From a virus, in IMG/VR virus record IMGVR_UViG_3300028394_000035: 64,000 nt of DNA. One strand, given 5' to 3'. A model generated the notes under the pieces. It searched no databases and was not told the origin of the DNA. It saw only the letters and a list, made by a program, of their open reading frames with translations. A program made the translations under genes and the position numbers. Every line of letters starts with the position of its first letter. Position 1 is the stretch's first letter. Below, one piece after another: positions 57,538 to 64,000 of the stretch.

Positions 57538-58189
57538 CGAAACCCTGACTGTTCTTAAGAACTTTGCCGGAATTAATCAATCAATTCTCGTAAGAAAGGG
57601 AAACAAACTTCGCACAATGTCTGTAATGAAAACAGTTCTTGCCGAAGCTGTTGTAAATGAAGAGTTTGAAAAAGAATTTGCCATTTATGATCTAAATCAA
57701 TTTCTGAATGGTGTTTCTTTACACGAAGATCCAGAGCTTGATTTTCAGAATGACGCATACGTTGTTATTCGTGAAGGAAAAAGACGTGTAAAATATTTCT
57801 TTGCTGATCCTCAGGTGATTGTATCTCCTCCAGAAAAGGAAATTTCTTTACCATCACAGGATGTATGTTTTCAATTGGAACATTCTCAGTACGATAAAAT
57901 CAAGAAAGCAGCAGCAGTTTATCAATTAGAAGATCTTTCTGTAATTGGTGAGGCAGGCGTTATTCGTTTAGTTGTTCGTGATAAACGAAATGCTACTTCG
58001 AATGAATATTCAATTGTAGTTGGAGAGACTGATAAAGAATTTACTTTTAACTTTAAAGTAGAAAACTTAAAGATTATTCCTGCATCTTATGATGTTGTGC
58101 TTTCTTCTAAACTTTTATCAAAATTTACAAACGAAAGATATAATTTGAACTATTATATTCCTATGGAACCCGATTCTACATTTGAATGA
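57524..58189 (+). CDS. gp45: Sliding clamp gp45 (start ATG 57524, alternatively 57503)
   Basis: MKLS..TL.VLKNFAGINQSI, FAIYDLNQFL, FNFKVENLKI. Confidence 0.97.
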   Translation: MKLSNETLTVLKNFAGINQSILVRKGNKLRTMSVMKTVLAEAVVNEEFEKEFAIYDLNQFLNGVSLHEDPELDFQNDAYVVIREGKRRVKYFFADPQVIVSPPEKEISLPSQDVCFQLEHSQYDKIKKAAAVYQLEDLSVIGEAGVIRLVVRDKRNATSNEYSIVVGETDKEFTFNFKVENLKIIPASYDVVLSSKLLSKFTNERYNLNYYIPMEPDSTFE

Positions 58190-58698
58190 ATATCTTCGTC
58201 ACGTCTCCATTTCCTGCCGAGAGTGCCACTTGCCTTCCAGACAAACACATAGTTAAAATGCCCTTAGAGACATGCCAAATGCTCTCTATCGTGGCATCAA
58301 AGAAGTGGGGACACAACTATGGAACTCTTCCCAAGACCGATGGAACTCCCTACAAGACAGAGAAGGGTGCCTTCCGTAATCACCCTTGTACTTTATGGGC
58401 AGCAAAAACAATTGATAATGCCTACTGGTTAATCAAATGGGGAATGAACTTGTGTGATGAATATACTTTACGATATAATAAAACTCACTCCTGCTATAAT
58501 ACCTTACTGCAAGCATACTATTTGTTTCCCAAAGGTAAGATTGACAAAGTGACATCATTTGCCCGTGCGATGCCCGATGAATATAAACTTGACGACAGCA
58601 TTGACACTTTTACTGCTTACAAGATGTATATTGCATCCAAACCTTGGGTTGCATCTAATTATCTTCGTATGCCAGAACGAAAACCTTCGTGGATTTAA
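58186..58698 (+). CDS. Pyrimidine-dimer DNA glycosylase (DenV-related) family protein
   Basis: MNIF, DKHIVKMPLETCQMLS, NHPCTLWA motifs. Confidence 0.7.
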   Translation: MNIFVTSPFPAESATCLPDKHIVKMPLETCQMLSIVASKKWGHNYGTLPKTDGTPYKTEKGAFRNHPCTLWAAKTIDNAYWLIKWGMNLCDEYTLRYNKTHSCYNTLLQAYYLFPKGKIDKVTSFARAMPDEYKLDDSIDTFTAYKMYIASKPWVASNYLRMPERKPSWI

Positions 58699-58701
58699 AT
58701 T

Positions 58702-59646
58702 ATGAATAATGATTTCTTGTGGGTAGAAAAATACGCGCCGAAGAAAATTGAAGATTGCATTCTACCTGAAGGTATTAAAAAAACATTTCAGGATTTTGTA
58801 AATCAAGGACAAATACCAAATCTGTTACTTGCCGGACCTCCTGGGGTTGGTAAGACAACAGTCGCAAAAGCACTTTGTAATGAATTAGGAGTTGATTTTT
58901 ATGTCATTAATGGATCTGATGAGGGAAGATTTCTTGACACAGTACGGAACCAGGCAAAGAACTTCGCTTCGACCGTTTCACTTCAAGCAACTGGCAAACA
59001 CAAAATTATCATCATTGACGAGTGCGATAACACAGGGAACGATGTTCAACTCCTCTTACGGGCAAATATTGAGGCATTTTATGGTAACTGCCGATTTATC
59101 TTCACCTGTAACTACAAAAACAAAATCATCGAACCCCTTCACTCCCGATGTGCCGTTGTCGAGTTTGGTATTAAGTCCAAGGACAGACCAAAAATCGCAG
59201 CAAAGTTCTTTGAAAGACTCAAAAAGATCCTGGATCAAGAAAAAGTTGAAGCAGATGATAAGGTTCTCGTTCAACTGATAAATAAGCATTTTCCTGATTG
59301 GAGAAGAGTCTTAAATGAATGCCAACGTTATTCTGTATCTGGTAGCATTGATTCTGCCATTCTTGCTACTTTCTCTGACATTAAAGTAAATGATCTCATT
59401 AAACATCTCAAAGAAAAGAACTTTCCGGAAGTTCGTAAATGGATTGTGGCAAACCTTGATAATGATGCCAGTAGTATTCTTCGTATGGTGTATGATGCTC
59501 TATATGAACATCTGGATGGTCCCAGTATTGCTTCTTGCGTTCTTATTGTGGCGAAATATCAATATCAATCAAATTTTGTAGCAGACCAAGAGATAAATCT
59601 TTTAGCAGCATTAACAGAGATTATGATTGAGAGTAACTTTAAATGA
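58702..59646 (+). CDS. gp44: Clamp loader large subunit gp44
   Basis: LWVEKYAP, GPPGVGKTT, IIDECD, LHSRC. Confidence 0.97.
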   Translation: MNNDFLWVEKYAPKKIEDCILPEGIKKTFQDFVNQGQIPNLLLAGPPGVGKTTVAKALCNELGVDFYVINGSDEGRFLDTVRNQAKNFASTVSLQATGKHKIIIIDECDNTGNDVQLLLRANIEAFYGNCRFIFTCNYKNKIIEPLHSRCAVVEFGIKSKDRPKIAAKFFERLKKILDQEKVEADDKVLVQLINKHFPDWRRVLNECQRYSVSGSIDSAILATFSDIKVNDLIKHLKEKNFPEVRKWIVANLDNDASSILRMVYDALYEHLDGPSIASCVLIVAKYQYQSNFVADQEINLLAALTEIMIESNFK

Positions 59647-60545
59647 AATCTCTTAAAACTTGTTTAAGATATCCTGGGGGCAAAAGTAGGGCGGTCACAA
59701 AGATGGATCCATACTTTCCTGATCTTAGATATTATAATGAGTTTCGAGAACCATTTCTTGGGGGTGGATCTGTAGCAATTCATATTACCAAAAAATATCC
59801 AGACTTAACTATTTGGGTAAATGATCTTTATGAACCTTTGGTGAATTTCTGGCAACAACTTCAGATGTTTGGTGCCGATATGAAAGACAATCTTCAAGGA
59901 ATAAAATTAGCAAATAATAAACCAGAATTAGCAAGAGATCTATTTCTTTATTGTAAGGATAAATTACACGAAGAAGATCGCTCAAATCTTGATCGTGCTT
60001 CTGATTTTTATATTATCAATAAGTGTTCTTTTTCTGGACTTACGGAAAGTTCCTCATTTTCGCCACAGGCATCTAATTCCAATTTCAGTCTTAGAGGTAT
60101 TCAAAAACTTCCTGAGTATTCTAAACTTATTTCAAAATGGCGTATAACTAACTATTCATATGATTATATGATGGACGGAAACAGAAATGTTTTTATGTAT
60201 CTTGATCCTCCTTATGACATTAAGGATAATCTCTATGGCAACAAAGGATCAATGCACAAAGGATTTGATCACGATAAGTTTGCTGTTGATTGCGATAATA
60301 ACGATATGGATCAGTTAGTAAGTTATAATTCAGATCAGTTAGTGAAGGATAGATTTAAAAATTGGACTGCTGCTGAGTTTGATTTGACTTATACGATGCG
60401 TTCCGTAGGAGAATATATGAGAGATCAAAAACAACGTAAAGAACTTTTGCTTTTTAATTATAATAAAGATCCAAAAATTCAATTCAGTTTTGATGGTTGC
60501 TATAATTATAATAGATTGAAAAAAGAGGGTCTAATTGATGACTGA
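59643..60545 (+). CDS. dam: DNA adenine methyltransferase (Dam/D12 class)
   Basis: RYPGGKS, EPFLGGGSV (motif I), YLDPPY (motif IV). Confidence 0.9.
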   Translation: MKSLKTCLRYPGGKSRAVTKMDPYFPDLRYYNEFREPFLGGGSVAIHITKKYPDLTIWVNDLYEPLVNFWQQLQMFGADMKDNLQGIKLANNKPELARDLFLYCKDKLHEEDRSNLDRASDFYIINKCSFSGLTESSSFSPQASNSNFSLRGIQKLPEYSKLISKWRITNYSYDYMMDGNRNVFMYLDPPYDIKDNLYGNKGSMHKGFDHDKFAVDCDNNDMDQLVSYNSDQLVKDRFKNWTAAEFDLTYTMRSVGEYMRDQKQRKELLLFNYNKDPKIQFSFDGCYNYNRLKKEGLIDD

Positions 60546-60921
60546 ACTCAAAGATTGGTTGAACTCAATCAACCAGACAAAAAACAATATTATAGACGAA
60601 GATCCTTCACTTGAAAAAGAATATTCTCCTTATGTGATCAATCATTGTCTTTCTGGATATATTGATTGCGTAATGTATGCAAATGAAATGAATATAACTC
60701 CAAATCTCGATAAAAAGTTACAATACGATTTTTATATAAATATTCTTAGAACTAAGAAGAGATTTTCTCCTTGGCTTCGTAAAGATACGATTAAAGATCT
60801 TGAATATGTCAAACGGTATTATCAATATAATAACGAAAAGGCACAACAGGCTTTAAAAATATTAACAAAAGAACAAATTAACTTTATTAAATCTAAATTT
60901 GAGACTGGAGGAATGAAATGA
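60538..60921 (+). CDS. gp62: Clamp loader small subunit gp62
   Basis: LKDWLNSIN, YANEMN, RFSPW. Confidence 0.95.
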   Translation: MTELKDWLNSINQTKNNIIDEDPSLEKEYSPYVINHCLSGYIDCVMYANEMNITPNLDKKLQYDFYINILRTKKRFSPWLRKDTIKDLEYVKRYYQYNNEKAQQALKILTKEQINFIKSKFETGGMK

Positions 60922-61355
60922 GTGCCGTACAAGAACCAGAAGTGAAATGGACACCCGATATGATGGTTGAGGTTCTATTAAATGAACCTGATGACTTTTT
61001 GAAAGTTCGTGAAACTTTGACACGTATTGGAGTTGCTTCTCGAAAAGAAAAGAAAATATACCAGTCTTGCCACATTCTTCATAAGCAAGGTAGATACTAT
61101 CTTGTTCATTTTAAAGAACTTTTTGCATTAGATGGTAAACACGCAAATCTAACAGCAAATGACATACAAAGACGTAATCGTATTGTTCAATTGGTTGCTG
61201 ATTGGGGATTATTTACAATTGTAAAACCAGAAAAGATTACTGATATTGCGCCGTTAAACCAAATTAAAGTTCTTGCTTATAAAGAAAAAGGAGAATGGAT
61301 TTTAGAAACAAAGTATAATATTGGAAAAAAGGCAAAACCAGCAGAAACCGAATAA
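60918..61355 (+). CDS. regA: Translational repressor RegA
   Basis: DDFLKVRETLTRIGVAS, CHILHKQGRYY.VHFKELFALDG. Confidence 0.98.
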   Translation: MSAVQEPEVKWTPDMMVEVLLNEPDDFLKVRETLTRIGVASRKEKKIYQSCHILHKQGRYYLVHFKELFALDGKHANLTANDIQRRNRIVQLVADWGLFTIVKPEKITDIAPLNQIKVLAYKEKGEWILETKYNIGKKAKPAETE

Positions 61356-61361
61356 AATCAT

Positions 61362-61386
61362 ACGGGGTTCACTACCCCGTTTTTTG
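61362..61386 (+). terminator. Rho-independent terminator after regA
   Basis: ACGGGG-TTCACTA-CCCCGT followed by a T-run. Confidence 0.8.
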
Positions 61387-61408
61387 TGCTTTCTGTTATA
61401 ATTAGTAT

Positions 61409-61464
61409 TGTGAATGCCGTAAGGGTTCACATAATCAAATCTCGCTTTTTAAGGAGCAAAAATG
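61409..61464 (+). promoter_or_regulatory. Structured hsp20 5' leader; ROSE-like RNA thermometer candidate
   Basis: GTAA-tetraloop hairpin (61409-61431), then CTCGCTT pairing with the SD AAGGAG with a bulged G; -10 TATAAT at 61397-61402. Confidence 0.55.
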
Positions 61465-61896
61465 ACTAATCTTTCTAGGTACACATCTGCTGATCTTCCT
61501 GCCCTGATGGATAGGATTACTCGTAATAGTATTGGAATGGACGAATATTTTGATCGTCTATTTAACCTTCATGAAACAACATCAAATTATCCTCCATATA
61601 ATTTAGTTCAAATCAGTAGTGTAGAGTCGAGGTTAGAACTCGCACTTGCTGGATTTGCTAAAAAAGAAGTTCTTGTTTATACGCAAGATGGAAAACTTTT
61701 TATTGAAGGACAAAAAGAAGATAAAGAAACTGAAACAAATTATGTACATAAAGGTTTAGCGCAAAGAAGTTTTACTAGAACCTGGACTCTTGCTGATGAT
61801 ACAGAAGTCACTTCTGTAAATTTTGAGGACGGATTACTTACAGTAATTTTGGGAAGAATCGTTCCAGAATCGCATAAGAGAAAAGATTATCTATAA
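61462..61896 (+). CDS. hsp20: Small heat shock protein Hsp20
   Basis: NYPPYNL, LALAGF, HKGLAQRSFTR, FEDGLL alpha-crystallin motifs. Confidence 0.97.
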   Translation: MTNLSRYTSADLPALMDRITRNSIGMDEYFDRLFNLHETTSNYPPYNLVQISSVESRLELALAGFAKKEVLVYTQDGKLFIEGQKEDKETETNYVHKGLAQRSFTRTWTLADDTEVTSVNFEDGLLTVILGRIVPESHKRKDYL

Positions 61897-61926
61897 ATAA
61901 TAGTGAGCTAAACTATCGTTGCTGCA

Positions 61927-61968
61927 GGGAGGTAACTGGCAAAATCCAGTTGCACCTCCCCTTTTTTT
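61927..61968 (+). terminator. Rho-independent terminator after hsp20
   Basis: GGAGGT-AACTGG..CCAGTT-ACCTCC followed by T7. Confidence 0.7.
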
Positions 61969-61999
61969 ATGCTATAATCAAAACAGGTATGATGAAATT

Positions 62000-62404
62000 A
62001 TGTCTATCAAATTAGCACTTTTAAAATCAGGAGAAGAAGTAATCGCAGATATTAAGGAAATTATAAGCGAAGACGAGAAAGTAATTTCGTTTTTATTTTG
62101 TAATCCTTATACTGCAAAACTTCTTACGCCTCAAGTTTTAGTAGAAGATACTGAAAAAACACCAGAAAGGGAATATAGTGTTTCTTTTAATTCTTGGATG
62201 CCATTATCTTCTGAAACTGATATTGCAGTAAGCACTGACTGGGTGGTTTCAATTGTGGAACCAATAGAAATGGTAAAAAAATCTTATGAGGAGAAAATGA
62301 ATGGAAGACGAAATGATGCTACCGATGGATCAGCAAGTGGAGGAAGAGGGGGAAATAACAACTCAAGTATTAATCTTAGTGAACAGGTTGATTTTGATCA
62401 GTAA
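62000..62404 (+). CDS. Conserved hypothetical protein (LKSGEEVI family; start revised to ATG 62000)
   Basis: The track start at 61919 runs through a terminator; -10 TATAAT near 61973. Confidence 0.75.
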   Translation: MSIKLALLKSGEEVIADIKEIISEDEKVISFLFCNPYTAKLLTPQVLVEDTEKTPEREYSVSFNSWMPLSSETDIAVSTDWVVSIVEPIEMVKKSYEEKMNGRRNDATDGSASGGRGGNNNSSINLSEQVDFDQ

Positions 62405-62606
62405 AATTCAAGAAGTTTTAGCAGATATAGGACAACCTGATTGTAGATTGATTGATCCTTATATTATTTCGGATAGTCAAGAATTATCTCCTTGGATGTG
62501 TGATTATACTTCTACGACTGAAATTATGATTAGTTCTGATAAAATTTTGTCTTTACTAGAACCAAAAGAAAACATACTAGAGAAATACCTTGGATTTACT
62601 AAATGA
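62301..62606 (+). CDS. Conserved hypothetical protein preceding gp43 (true start uncertain)
   Basis: ORF track; stop overlaps the gp43 ATG. Confidence 0.7.
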   Translation: MEDEMMLPMDQQVEEEGEITTQVLILVNRLILISKIQEVLADIGQPDCRLIDPYIISDSQELSPWMCDYTSTTEIMISSDKILSLLEPKENILEKYLGFTK

Positions 62607-64000
62607 AGTTTTATACGAATGTTTATGAGAAATTCAATAAAATATATGTAAGAGGATATGAAGATGGGAATTATTTTTCATATGGAGAAGAATTTTTACC
62701 TACTTTATATGTTCTTTCTAAAAAGAAAAGTAAACATAAAACTTTAGATGGATTGGATGTAGAACCAATTCAGCCAGGTAAGATTTCCGAATGTAAAGAT
62801 TTTTTTGCAAAATATGCAATGGTAGAAGGATTTCCAATTTATGGAAATGATAATTACAAGGCACAATACATTTCAGAAAAATATCCAGAAGATGAAATAA
62901 AATTTGATATTAATAAAATTCGTTTATTTACGATTGATATTGAAGTTGCGTCTGAGGGAGGATTTCCAAATGTTTTTGATTGTGCCGAAGAACTTCTTGC
63001 AATTACTTTACAAAATTATGCAACTAAAAATATTATAACTTTTGCTTCTCGTCCCTATAATAATACTCGTAAAGATGTTCAATACGTACAATGTAGAGAC
63101 GAAGTTGATTTGGCGCATAGGTTCTTATCATTCTGGGAAGAAAACACTCCCGATGTGGTAACTGGTTGGAATTGTGAACTTTATGATATTCCTTATATTT
63201 TAGGAAGAATTGATAAAATTCTTGGGGAGAAGGATGCTCGTCGTCTTTCTCCTTGGAAAAATATCTATCGCAAGGAACTAGTAATTAAAGGAAGAGCACA
63301 AATTTCTTATGATGTTGCTGGAATATCCGTAATTGATTATTTGGATTTATATAAAAAGTTTACTTATACCAATCAAGAGTCTTATAAACTAGACCATATT
63401 GCTTTTGTTGAATTGGGTCAGAAAAAATTAGATCACTCTGAATTTGAAACCTTTAAAGATTTTTATACAAAAGACTGGCAAAAATTTATTGATTATAATA
63501 TTAAAGACGTAGAACTCGTAGATAGACTTGAAGATAAAATGAAGTTAATTGAACTTTGTTTTACGATGGCTTATGATGCAAAAGTAAATTATACAGATAT
63601 ATTTTATCAAGTAAGAACTTGGGATGCAATCATTTACAATTATTTGAAAAAAAGAAATATCGCAATTCCACAGAAAGATCGTTCTACAAAAAGTGATAAG
63701 TTTGCCGGTGCTTATGTAAAAGAACCAAAACCAGGAATATACGACTGGGTTGTTAATTTCGATTTGAATTCACTTTATCCTCATTTGATAATGGGGTATA
63801 ATGTTTCACCTGAAACTTTATTAGATAAAAAACATCCTACAGTATCTGTGGATAAAATTCTAAATAAGCAACTTGATTTTTCTGATTATAAAGATTATGC
63901 GGTATGTCCTAATGGAGCAATGTATCGTAAAGATATTCGTGGATTTCTTCCAGAACTAATGGAAAAAATGTATAATGATCGTGTCATTTATAAAAAGAAG
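62603..64000 (+). CDS. gp43: Family B DNA polymerase gp43, N-terminal part (runs off window)
   Basis: MKFYTNV, TIDIEV (ExoI), GWNCELYDIPY (ExoII), YNIKDV (ExoIII), FDLNSLYPH (Pol motif A). Confidence 0.98.
   Translation, partial: MKFYTNVYEKFNKIYVRGYEDGNYFSYGEEFLPTLYVLSKKKSKHKTLDGLDVEPIQPGKISECKDFFAKYAMVEGFPIYGNDNYKAQYISEKYPEDEIKFDINKIRLFTIDIEVASEGGFPNVFDCAEELLAITLQNYATKNIITFASRPYNNTRKDVQYVQCRDEVDLAHRFLSFWEENTPDVVTGWNCELYDIPYILGRIDKILGEKDARRLSPWKNIYRKELVIKGRAQISYDVAGISVIDYLDLYKKFTYTNQESYKLDHIAFVELGQKKLDHSEFETFKDFYTKDWQKFIDYNIKDVELVDRLEDKMKLIELCFTMAYDAKVNYTDIFYQVRTWDAIIYNYLKKRNIAIPQKDRSTKSDKFAGAYVKEPKPGIYDWVVNFDLNSLYPHLIMGYNVSPETLLDKKHPTVSVDKILNKQLDFSDYKDYAVCPNGAMYRKDIRGFLPELMEKMYNDRVIYKKK

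Noticed and set aside
61919-61999. N-terminal extension of ORF 61919-62404
   Set aside because: It runs through a terminator hairpin and a -10 box; ATG 62000 is the likelier start
39835-64000. Inteins, introns or homing endonucleases in gp17, uvsW, gp46 or gp43
   Set aside because: Lengths and motif spacing are normal and the frames are uninterrupted; no HNH, GIY-YIG or LAGLIDADG motifs noticed
1-64000. tRNA genes, photosynthesis genes (psbA, hli), alternative genetic code
   Set aside because: No cloverleaf or photosynthesis motifs recognised; long genes translate intact with the standard code and use TAA, TAG and TGA stops

Overview
This 64 kb window comes from a T4-like cyanomyovirus. It is AT-rich and most likely a freshwater Synechococcus/Cyanobium-type phage (the host is inferred). 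Essentially all genes lie on the + strand. (1) 1-3413: early accessory region of small ORFs (helicase C-terminus, ArdA-like antirestriction protein, acidic and membrane micro-proteins), punctuated by four related palindrome-plus-promoter cassettes. (2) 3414-4416: a ~1 kb non-coding island with two back-to-back consensus sigma70 promoters and a helically phased array of 12 perfect TTTTCCACA nonamers plus one variant. This nonamer is the cyanobacterial DnaA-box consensus, so the island is a candidate host-DnaA-binding origin or DnaA sink, and it is the most striking feature of the window. (3) 4417-7161: glycosyltransferase-like gene, speD and conserved hypotheticals. (4) 7196-51032: virion morphogenesis module (gp25, gp6, a 4077-aa gp7, gp8, VrlC-like, fibre, gp13-gp23, gp3). 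A modular putative head polyprotein and an NblA-like ORF lie between gp16 and gp17. (5) 51035-64000: replication and regulation module (uvsY, uvsW, gp55, gp47, gp46, gp45, gp44, dam, gp62, regA, hsp20 with a ROSE-like leader, and truncated gp43). I saw no tRNA, rRNA, CRISPR array, intron or intein. All family assignments come from motif recognition and synteny by eye; no database searches were run.
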